Shown here: positions 7,916-16,900 of the stretch, piece by piece
Numbering within the stretch: the stretch's first letter is position 1
Layout of the letters: the number at the start of each line of letters is the position of its first letter
Origin: Dehalococcoidia bacterium
GTDB taxonomy: Bacteria; Chloroflexota; Dehalococcoidia; Lucifugimonadales; UBA1127
DNA: 64,000 nt
Assembly: GCA_965116355.1 (NCBI GenBank)
Contig: OZ220679.1
Location: forward strand, 926,669 to 990,668
Direction: 5' to 3'
Notes under the pieces: generated by a model
What the model was told of the DNA's origin: nothing
Databases searched by the model: none
What the model saw: only the letters and a program-made list of their open reading frames with translations
Program-made: the position numbers and the translations under genes

Positions 7916-10318
7916 CTAGGTGTCGGATTCGGAAGCTAATCGCAACACAACTGAGGGCCCGGACCAAGAGGGCAAAACACGAATGTCGAGGGGGATCCCT
8001 ATTGCAAGAAGTGACAAGACGTCATCATGGTGATCTGGTCCAACGGTGCCTACGATTTCGCCATTCACGTAGACTGCAATTGGCGCAGGTGCCAGTTGAT
8101 TCGGCTCATACGTGAGTCTAGCCGTGGCCTCTTCATAAACTGGCACGCGTTCGTCGTATGCAATTGTGTATTCTTCGCCTTCAAGAACCTCGTTTACAAG
8201 TCGTAGGCTCGGGTCTCTCGCGAAAGCCAATAGGTCGGCTATCTCCGTGGGAGAAGCATCGAACTTCTCTCGCCACGCCGCAATGCTCTGACTCGCAACC
8301 CATTCACGTAGGGACATGTCCGCGAATTCACTGCCAGCCGCTCGGTGATCCTCTGCTACGCGGTTGGCAAGCCTTCGGGAGCGTACGCCTCCCAACATGA
8401 GGTTCAGAGCACTTCTTGTAGCGACGCCATAGTGCACTGACGCGGCGAGATCATTCGGTATGCTGTAGGGAATCGCCTCTTTCTCAAGGTTTTCGTTCAC
8501 CCAGTCAACCAAGGTATTTAGAGCCCAAGGCAAATGGTGCTCAAAGACAGACGCGACAAACTCTACAAGCTGTTCGTATCGGTAGTCTTCATTTTGAACA
8601 GAGGCCAAGTACTTGTCTGCTAGGTCTTGAAGATCTGTTCCGGATACCCAATCAATGAGAAGCATCATTAGGTCAACGGGAAGGAGACTATCCCTCGGAG
8701 CGTTACGGATCTCCTTGAAGCCCATTCTTCGGTTTTCGGACAAATGAAGGACTTTCTCAAGACGCCCTTCACCAAGGATCATCGAAATGGCCAACGGCGG
8801 CTCGCTTTCGGCAATGTCGGACGTTATCGAATTGAGCACTTCTAATGTGATTTCCTCTAGTGTCGCAGCACTGGGAAGCGACATTCCAGACTGCGTCCAT
8901 CTTCTGCGTCGGTCAACCGGCAGCACCGAGAAAGCACGAAATGCTCGTGTCACAATCTCGCGCCATTGCACTCTGCTGTTCTCGTCCAACTGTTGCCAAG
9001 CGAGGGTGGACGTGAGTGCCTCCAGTACATCGTCAAGGGTCGCGGACCGACCAAGCTCCGCTAAAGCTTGCGCGATAAGCCATACGGAGCGTACGAATCC
9101 ATTTGCTTCTGAACCAAAGTGAGCAAAAATGGCGTCTTCTTGTGCCCTTGCACTCTCCTCCAGTCGCGCCAACTGAGCCAATGCCTCTTCTGACGTCATG
9201 GTGGATCGCATGTCCAGGTCCCTTGCAGTTTGGTCAAGAGGGCGGAACATTGAACGGTTAAAGGTGGCATGCTCCACAAGTATCAGCCAACCCTCGGTTT
9301 CGCGCCCCGCTCGACCTGCCCGTCCGATGGCATTGAGGAGGCGTGCACTATCTACAACTTCGACGACCCCCTCTGAGTCTCTATAGCCGCGCTCAGCTAC
9401 AATTACGCTCTTGAATGGAAGGTTGACACCCTCAGTCAACGTAGTGGTTGCGACTAGGCAATTGATTTGACCAATTCGGACAGCCTCCTCGATTTCAGAC
9501 TGAACATCGATAGGAAGCGCCGCATGATGAAACGCAACACCTTTGGCGATTACTCGCGTTAGCGGGTGTTCAGACCCGAGCCTCGTTCTCACTAGATCAG
9601 TCAATGCAAAAGAGGTAGGGTCATCTTCCATAGAGTTGGCAATCCTCTCGGCAAGCCTTTGTGCGGAGCCCTTGGTCGACACAACGATCAAGACGGAACC
9701 CGAAGACTGGACATGGGTGATCAGCGGTAAGAGTTGACCATGCTGAGTGGTGCTCCGTGAAGAGTCTCGGACCCAAACCCCATTCTTCTGCTGACGCATT
9801 ACCAACGTGCCAACGGATTCCGAGAACTCTCCTCGACGAAATGAGCCGGAAAGCCCGGTTCGGAGATGTACCAGGCCCTTGAGGGGGATGAAGCGTCGCG
9901 CAAGAGTATTGCCCGATGGGGGTTGATCGCTCACCGAGCTCCCATCTGCCCTAGCCGTATAGACAACGGCAAGGCGCCGAGGCCCCCTCCAATCTACATG
10001 CCGTGAGAGTACTCCGTTGCCCGAATCCAGCCATGCTGTCACGTGAGCTTGGTTTCCAAGGGCTGCCGATAGCACCAGTATCCTGTGGTGCGAAGTCTTC
10101 GTAAGGTGATGCAGGAGAGAGAGTGTTTCCTCGAGTCTCCAACCACGCTCTCGATCAGCAACAAGGTGCGCCTCATCGATCACAAACATTCCGAACTCGC
10201 TTAGCAGGCCCCCGGGATCACTACGCAATCGGCTAGAAAGCCTCTCAGGGGTCATGACAACGGCTCGTGCTGAAGCTGGCTTGGAGGTTCCAAGTCCTAT
10301 GTCTGGTTCGACATGCAA
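7916..10318 (-). CDS. Ski2/Hel308-like DEAH helicase, C-terminal fragment (HamB-like); carries motifs Ib-VI plus winged-helix/ratchet-like domains
   Basis: VVMTPERL, FVIDEAHLV, VLSAAL, LVATTTLTEGVNLP and IGRAGRAG. The C-terminal LMMLLIDWVSGTDLQDLADKY segment resembles the Hel308 ratchet region. It lacks motif I, which sits in the overlapping upstream ORF. Confidence 0.75.
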   Translation of the reverse strand: MHVEPDIGLGTSKPASARAVVMTPERLSSRLRSDPGGLLSEFGMFVIDEAHLVADRERGWRLEETLSLLHHLTKTSHHRILVLSAALGNQAHVTAWLDSGNGVLSRHVDWRGPRRLAVVYTARADGSSVSDQPPSGNTLARRFIPLKGLVHLRTGLSGSFRRGEFSESVGTLVMRQQKNGVWVRDSSRSTTQHGQLLPLITHVQSSGSVLIVVSTKGSAQRLAERIANSMEDDPTSFALTDLVRTRLGSEHPLTRVIAKGVAFHHAALPIDVQSEIEEAVRIGQINCLVATTTLTEGVNLPFKSVIVAERGYRDSEGVVEVVDSARLLNAIGRAGRAGRETEGWLILVEHATFNRSMFRPLDQTARDLDMRSTMTSEEALAQLARLEESARAQEDAIFAHFGSEANGFVRSVWLIAQALAELGRSATLDDVLEALTSTLAWQQLDENSRVQWREIVTRAFRAFSVLPVDRRRRWTQSGMSLPSAATLEEITLEVLNSITSDIAESEPPLAISMILGEGRLEKVLHLSENRRMGFKEIRNAPRDSLLPVDLMMLLIDWVSGTDLQDLADKYLASVQNEDYRYEQLVEFVASVFEHHLPWALNTLVDWVNENLEKEAIPYSIPNDLAASVHYGVATRSALNLMLGGVRSRRLANRVAEDHRAAGSEFADMSLREWVASQSIAAWREKFDASPTEIADLLAFARDPSLRLVNEVLEGEEYTIAYDERVPVYEEATARLTYEPNQLAPAPIAVYVNGEIVGTVGPDHHDDVLSLLAIGIPLDIRVLPSWSGPSVVLRLASESDT

Positions 10319-11400
10319 TTGTGTCCGAGTGTAAGGAGGCGTCGCCTGAGCGAAACACTAAGCTCGCGACAAAGGCTATGCGTAGGAGCGACGACACATA
10401 CGTCGCCAGTGCCTTCAACAATGTGGGTTGTTACGAAGAGTTGAGCCAATAGGCTCTTGCCGGCGCTAGTGGGGAAGGAGAGGATAATTCTCCGGGCGGT
10501 TGGGTGGAGGGGCGACACACCGCCAGGTGCGTCAGGTGTGAGAAACGACAACTGTGGAGGCCAAAGTTGTAGGACCGGCGGGTCCCCCAGAGTCATTGCC
10601 CGTGCTGCACTTGGTAGGTTGGGAGGAAGAACACTCCATACGGCGGCAGCCTCCAATCCGTCTGAAATCCTCAGGAGGTGCGCGGCTACCCATCTGGATT
10701 CGACATCACTCGGCGCACCCAGAGTCTCAAGCGCTCGCCTGAATTGTCCCCGCGCGCTGTCCAACGAATTATTGCGGCCGTAGGTAAGGAAATCCGTTAG
10801 AGCTCGAGTCCCCCTTATGACGCCGTCAGTTGATGCGTATTTGGAATCTTCGACATTGCCAAATTCAGAAACTAGGCTGTCTAGCTGGTTGGCCCTTGTT
10901 TGAAGTAATGGGTAAAGAGCAGGACGGTCAAGCGCCAGCATCAAGACCCCAGCTTGAAGTGAGACGACTCCAGGGTCATCTAGTTGTTCGGGTTCACGGA
11001 CTATCGAAATCCGACGTGCGAGCGCAGCAGCATTTGGCGTCAACTGCCCGCCGATGTATGCAATTTGCGCCGCAAGTGTGTACTGCAACACTTCCAATTC
11101 TGTCAGGTCCCCGCTTTGGAGAGCGAGATCAAAGACGTGTCCGGAGACCTGATGGGCTTGCCGTTGTCGTTGGAGGTCATAGACTTGGAGGTCCTCCCGA
11201 GCCGTGGCTACGGATTGCAGATACCATGCAACATCAAGCAATTGCGGGTCGAAGTCGGCTTGGCGGGTGAACAGGCCAATCTCAGCAGTGGAAAGCAGGG
11301 TTCGGAGATCGTCAGGAGATGGCAACCGTGGGTGATCGCCTACGGCGTTAGTCAGAAGGTCAATATTTAGTGCCCGATCCACAACCCACAACCCTTCCAA
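10297..11400 (-). CDS. N-terminal fragment of the same helicase: unique approximately 290-aa N-domain plus motifs I/Ia
   Basis: FPTSAGKS (Walker A / motif I) and VVAPTHSLCRE (Ia) near the C-terminus. It ends 22 nt inside the next ORF in another frame. TTG/GTG start candidates at 11400/11382 overlap the upstream gene. Confidence 0.7.
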   Translation of the reverse strand: MEGLWVVDRALNIDLLTNAVGDHPRLPSPDDLRTLLSTAEIGLFTRQADFDPQLLDVAWYLQSVATAREDLQVYDLQRQRQAHQVSGHVFDLALQSGDLTELEVLQYTLAAQIAYIGGQLTPNAAALARRISIVREPEQLDDPGVVSLQAGVLMLALDRPALYPLLQTRANQLDSLVSEFGNVEDSKYASTDGVIRGTRALTDFLTYGRNNSLDSARGQFRRALETLGAPSDVESRWVAAHLLRISDGLEAAAVWSVLPPNLPSAARAMTLGDPPVLQLWPPQLSFLTPDAPGGVSPLHPTARRIILSFPTSAGKSLLAQLFVTTHIVEGTGDVCVVAPTHSLCRELSVSLRRRLLTLGHNCMSNQT

Positions 11401-12221
11401 AGCACTCTTCTTACTTCTTCAGCCAGACTAGGGAAGCCATCGACAAGGTTCAGGTTTCCCTGATGCTGGTCTGAAGGTAAGTCGAAGTAGCTTGTCACAT
11501 TGTTGAAACAACCATGTTCTCCCGTCGCTGGTGAAACGTCAGACCCGACGACTATGCCAACACCGGCAGAGGGATCTTTATCGGCCCAAAGCTCGGCGAT
11601 TCGGGCATAAAACGTGGCAAGTTGGTGATCATCACTAAGGTATTGGGCTACCAGTGAAAACCGAGCCAAGTAGTCGAGGGCACGATCCTTAACCTGTCTG
11701 CACGCAGTGTTGACCGTATCCGTAAGTGGACGTCCAGTGCCATGGAACTTAGACTCCCATAATCTGTAGGAATAGCCTCCGTTTGATTCGTATACAGTCA
11801 AACCGTCGCCGCCTGGATCCGCCACAGACCAGTCATGACTTTCCACTCTGATTGGGATACCAAGACCGACATCCTTGTTGGCTACAACGGCCTGCCATAT
11901 GGCCTCAGCAACGAGGCCATATAGATGCTCCTCTACAGCTGGTTCAGTTGGCGTTCCAACATTCTCAAGAAGCGACTGTTGAAGGACTCTTGCGGCAACG
12001 TTGTCAAGTGCCTCGTCTATGCCGTCAATCGCACGGCAGTGCCACAGTCCAAAAAGCCTCTTATCCATCAACCGACGTGATGCAATGCTGCAGGCCAAGG
12101 ATGCCGCAGCTGCGTCACGATTGGCTGATGCGAGGCGCCCATACAAACAAAATACCCCGGCCGCCGTAGTTTTGATTGAAAAGGTCAGAAGCGCTGGGAG
12201 GGGTGCACAAGATGCCTTCAT
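11367..12221 (-). CDS. HamA-like protein (DUF1837-type, PD-(D/E)xK nuclease-like); upstream partner of the helicase
   Basis: GDGLTV...YRLWESKFH gives a D...ExK arrangement. About 230-280 aa, directly upstream of and overlapping a Ski2-like helicase, as in Hachiman loci. ATG 12068 is an alternative start. The family call is from memory and was not searched. Confidence 0.5.
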   Translation of the reverse strand: MKASCAPLPALLTFSIKTTAAGVFCLYGRLASANRDAAAASLACSIASRRLMDKRLFGLWHCRAIDGIDEALDNVAARVLQQSLLENVGTPTEPAVEEHLYGLVAEAIWQAVVANKDVGLGIPIRVESHDWSVADPGGDGLTVYESNGGYSYRLWESKFHGTGRPLTDTVNTACRQVKDRALDYLARFSLVAQYLSDDHQLATFYARIAELWADKDPSAGVGIVVGSDVSPATGEHGCFNNVTSYFDLPSDQHQGNLNLVDGFPSLAEEVRRVLWKGCGLWIGH

Positions 12222-12793
12222 AGGAAGTACATCCCATCGCGGGGCATGGCCTGTTCCGTCGCAGAAGCGCTAGCGGGCTCGAGCAACAAGACGGAAGCGA
12301 GCGCCGTTCTTGTCTTGGTGCAAGCCTTGCGATGAAATAACTCCACTTACTTGTCCTGCTCCCGATACGTTTGGACTGTAGGTGAGAGTAACATGCCAGT
12401 GCCCTTGCGGTCAGCCTCAGTCCCTCAAATGGGGTCTGAGGGAGTTGTCTAGACGCTCCTAAGCAGATACTTGAACGGGAACGCACTGTCAATGAAGCAA
12501 CCATAGCTGCTACTCTGGGCCGTTGTTGGGTCAAGCCGTGGCATCAGGGAGGGATTTGGCGGAAGGAGTGTCCGACGCAAACAGGGTGTTCCGGCGCTGT
12601 TCTATGACCAGCCGGACCGCGCCTCATGCAACGTTAGCACAAGCCCATGGGTGAGTGGCCTGGAACGTTCATCGACCTGTGAGAAGTCATGGTCGACCAA
12701 GGCCGGATCGAGCTCGAGGCATAAGTTCCCAGGAAACCTCGATTTGAAAGGGTCGAATCGATCCCAGCCACAACGCGAGAAGCACATTACCTA

Positions 12794-12838
12794 CGTCAAC
12801 GTCGGCCTCCCCACGATGCTACCCTCTTCGCAACAACG
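12794..12838. repeat. Partial copy (A) of an approximately 95-nt repeat family
   Basis: CCTCCCCACGATGCTACCCTCTTCGCAACAACG aligns with the cores of the copies at 18206-18299 and 26003-26096. Confidence 0.5.
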
Positions 12839-12848
12839 TGATCGGTAG

Positions 12849-13181
12849 GCACAGAGGGAGGAGAGCACGAGATTGGCGCGCTCGTCGATCTATCGACACA
12901 CGGACCCTGGTTTCTTCCCGCGGCCCGTACACGATGAACCAAGCGCCGTCCAATGGCGGAAGAGCGATATCGTCGCGTGGCTGGAGTCCCTGCTGTATAG
13001 TTCAGTGGTATTCGCGGAACTAGTGGCGGCAGCGATGAAGAAGGAACGCCAGCCTCCCAAGACTCCAACGGAGCACAAAGACCGCACGCAGCTGGGCGAG
13101 GTCAGGATCCACTACGCTCCTGGCCCCGACGCCCGTGACCGGTTGCGCCGTGCCTTCCTCCTCATCCTCTCGGCCGCCTAA
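12849..13181 (+). pseudogene. Decayed AlpA-family excisionase/regulator gene (N-terminally truncated, no proper start)
   Basis: LARSSIYRHTDPGFFPRPVHDEPSAVQWRKSDIVAWLES parallels LARSTIYRLMEQGAFPRPVRVGPSAVRWRESDITQWMAS at 30528..30737, and nucleotide identity is visible (GATTGGCGCGCTCG...). An in-frame stop at 12846 removes the first helix. Confidence 0.6.
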
Positions 13182-13922
13182 CACGAAGCCGCTTCGGGAG
13201 GTAATGACAATGACACGGGCATTCGCCCACCGCGGGAAACCAGAGACTAGGTAAGAACGCCTGCACCACCGCTGCCGCATACGTACGTGTAGGGGGCCTC
13301 TCACCTACCGCATTGCACGCTTGCGACCCTTCCGTTTCCCCATACAGGCCTCCCACTGCTAAACTGGCCTTGGGGCGATTGCACTCTTGCCCCGGGCCCG
13401 CGATCACCCGCCGGCGCGCTGGGCGGCATGCGGCCCCAACGATCTCCCCGGCGGCGGCACATGGCCGGCGATGTCGGCGACCCACAGCGGCCGCCATTCC
13501 GGTCAGGTCGGCGAACCAGCCCGCCCCTGCCCCCACTCGGGGGGCGGTGATCGCGCCGTGGCAGGACCCCGTTCAGGGCCACCCAGGCGCTGCGGCACCG
13601 TGCCCCAGTCTAAGCTCTCGCCGATGCGCAGGCTGGCCGCGCCCGGGGGAGAGACCGTCTCCTGGCGCCTGGCCTGCGGCCCCCGGTACCGAATGCCCCG
13701 CCCGATTGACGGCTGCACCCCTCGCGGCACGATAGTGCGGTGCATCCACCACGTCGTCTGGCCACCATTGAAGGACTTACGCTGAAAGTTCACCTAGATT
13801 TGCACCGATAATTCACCCCCACGTCACAGAACATCCCCTATTATCTTCATGGGAGTATGCGCTTGCTGACCGGCGGGCCTGGGACCTGCCGGGGCAGCGC
13901 CAGTGTTGCTCAACGGACAAGG

Positions 13923-16900
13923 ATGCGAGGTATGGCAGAGAAGAAACGGACGGGCTTCCTCTTCGCGATTCTGGCGGTGGTTCTCATGGTCGTTGGCTGT
14001 GAGTCGCAGGAACCTTCTGCCTTTACGGCCCCTGAGGCCCAAGAACACCGAGAGCCAACCGTCACCCAGACGCCCGCTGCAAGCCTGAAACTTGGCAATC
14101 CTACGCCCACTCCAACGGCTGTCGTGGCCCAGGAAACCGGTACTACTGATAGTGGCCTTATACCCACTCCAACGGCTGCCGTGGCCCGGGAAACCGCTAT
14201 TTCTGATAGAGGCTTGACACCTACTCCGACGGCAGCCGCAATCCAAGAATCCAATGCAAAGGACAATAGCCCTGCCCCCACCCTCGAAGCATCGCCAACC
14301 CCCAAGAGGAGTGACGAGTGCGTCACAGGGGTCGCTGTGGTGGACGCCGACGACAACCCGGGGCTGGTCTCCGACTGCACCACTCTGCTGGCGGCGCGAG
14401 ACACCCTGGCGGGCAATGCCACGCTTAACTGGTCGGCGGACACGTCCATCTGGCAATGGGATGGCGTCTCTATATGGGAGACGCCTCATCGCGTGAGGGG
14501 CTTGTATCTGGAGTCCAGGCAACTAAGTGGGGAAATACCGCCGGAGTTAGGCGACTTGGCCAGCCTCCGGCAACTGAACCTCAGCGACAACCAGCTGAGC
14601 GGGGCGATCCCACCGGAGTTGGGCGACCTTGCCAGCCTGACCGATCTGACCCTCAGCGACAACCAGCTGAGCGGGGCGATCCCGCCGGAGTTGGGTGACC
14701 TTGCCAGCCTGACCAATCTGACCCTCAGCGACAACCAGCTGAGCGGGGCGCTGCCCCCGGAGTTGGGGAGCCTCGCCAACCTGGAGTCACTGCGGCTGCA
14801 GGACAACCGGTTGAGCGGAGAGTTGCCCCCGGAGTTGGGCAACCTCGCGAACCTGGAATGGGTTTTTCTTGCCAACAACCAGCTAATCGGGGAGATACCG
14901 CCGGCGATGGGGAACCTCGCCAACTTGATAGTTCTGGCGCTCAGTGGAAACCAGATCGACGAATGCGTCTCCATCGCAGTGCCGGACGTGGCCAATAACC
15001 CGGGGTTGCTGTCTGACTGCCGCGCACTGGTGGCCGCGCGGGACACGCTGTCGACGCATAGCGTCCTTAACTGGCTGGCGACGACGCCCATCAGTGAGTG
15101 GGACGGGGTTCACGTGAGCGGGACACCAAAGCGGGTGACGGCAATTCGAGTGCGACGTGGTTGGTTGGATGGGAAGATACCTGTTGAATTGGGCGCCCTT
15201 TCCAGTCTGACCAGTCTGGACCTCAGTGACAACCAGCTGCGTGGGGCGATCCCGCCGGAGTTGGGCAACCTCGTCAAACTGGAGTCACTGCGGCTGCAGG
15301 ACAACCAGTTGAGCGGAGAGTTGCCCCCGGCGTTGGGAAACCTCGCGAACCTCACAGAGTTGAACCTCCACGGCAACCGACTAGGCGGGGAGATCCCGAC
15401 GGAGCTAGGCGTCCTCACCCGCTTGAGAGTCCTGAGCATCGGGAGGAATGGTTTCAGCGGGGAGATCCCGCTGGAGTTGAGCGCACTTGTCGACCTGAGG
15501 AGACTCAATCTCGGGGGCAATTTGTTGAGCGGGGAGATCCCGTCGGAGTTGGGCGCCCTCCCCAACCTAACGTCACTGGACCTCGGAGTGAACAAGTTCA
15601 GCGGGGCGATCCCGTCAGAGTTGGGGAACCTCTCCAACCTGGAGCTTCTGAGCCTCGAAAGGAACCAGTTCAGCGGGGCGATCCCGCCAGGGTTGGGAAA
15701 CCTCACCAACCTGGAGTCACTGGACCTCCATGGCAACCAGTTGAGCGAGGAGATCCCGCCGGCGTTGGGTAATCTCTCCCCCCTGACGGAACTATGGCTC
15801 GGGGGCAACCAGCTAAGCGGGACGATCCCGGCCGAGTTGGGCAAACTTATAAACCTGACCGATTTGTACTTGAGCCATAACGAGTTGAACGGGGCGATCC
15901 CGCCGGCGTTGGGCGGCCTCACCAACCTCCTATGGATGGATGTCAACGACAACCGGCTGAGCGGGGCGATACCGCCGGCGTTGGGCAACCTCGTCAATCT
16001 GACGGAGCTGAACCTCAGCGACAACCGGCTGAGCGAGGCGATACCGCCGGCGTTGGGCAACCTCGTCAATCTGACGGAGCTGAACCTCAGCGACAACCGG
16101 CTGAGCGAGGCGATACCGCCGGCGTTGGGCAACCTTGCCAGCCTGACCAGTTTGAACCTCAGCGACAACCAGTTGAGTGGGGCGATCCCGCCGGAGTTGG
16201 GCAACCTCGTCAATCTGACGGAGCTGAACCTCAGCAATAACCAATTGAGTGGGAGTTTGCCGCCAGAATTGGCCAACCTCGTCAACCTGGAAAGGCTGTT
16301 CCTCAGCGGCAATCAGTTCAACGAATGCGCGTTACTTCCAGTGGAGGAAGTCGACCCCACCCCGGGGCTCCAATCCGACTGCCGCGCTCTGCTGGCGGCG
16401 CGGGGCCCCCTGGGGGGCGACTATTCGCTTAACTGGTCAGCGCTCACCCCCATCGCCCAGTGGGACGGAGTTCGGGTGAGTGGGACACCCCAGCGCGTGA
16501 CGGCATTGCAAGTGCATACCAAGCATTTGAGCGGCGAGTTACCTCCGGTGCTGGCACAGCTCTCCAACCTGACAGAATTGGACCTCAGTGGCACCCGGTT
16601 GAGGGGGGCGATCCCGCCGGAGTTGGGGAACCTTGCCAACCTGACCGTCTTGGAACTTGGGGGCAACCAGTTGAGCGGGGAGATCCCGCCGGAGTTGGGC
16701 AACCTTGTGAACCTGACCGTATTGGACCTTCGGAACAATCAGTTGAGTGGGGTAATGCCACCGGAGTTGGGCAACCTCGCCAGCCTGAGGGAGATGACCC
16801 TCAGTGACAACCAGCTAAGCGGGACGATCCCGGCCGAGTTGGGCAACCTCGCCAATCTGGAAGTGCTGTTGCTAAAGGAAAATGCGTTGAGCGGGGCCAT

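Noticed and set aside
13200-13856. Overlapping ORFs on both strands between the AlpA remnant and the LRR gene (13162..13536 -, 13313..13735 +, 13387..13785 +, 13824..14522 -).
   Set aside because: All are Arg/Pro/Gly/Ala-rich, mutually overlapping and without motifs or RBS. The region is probably decayed non-coding island DNA.
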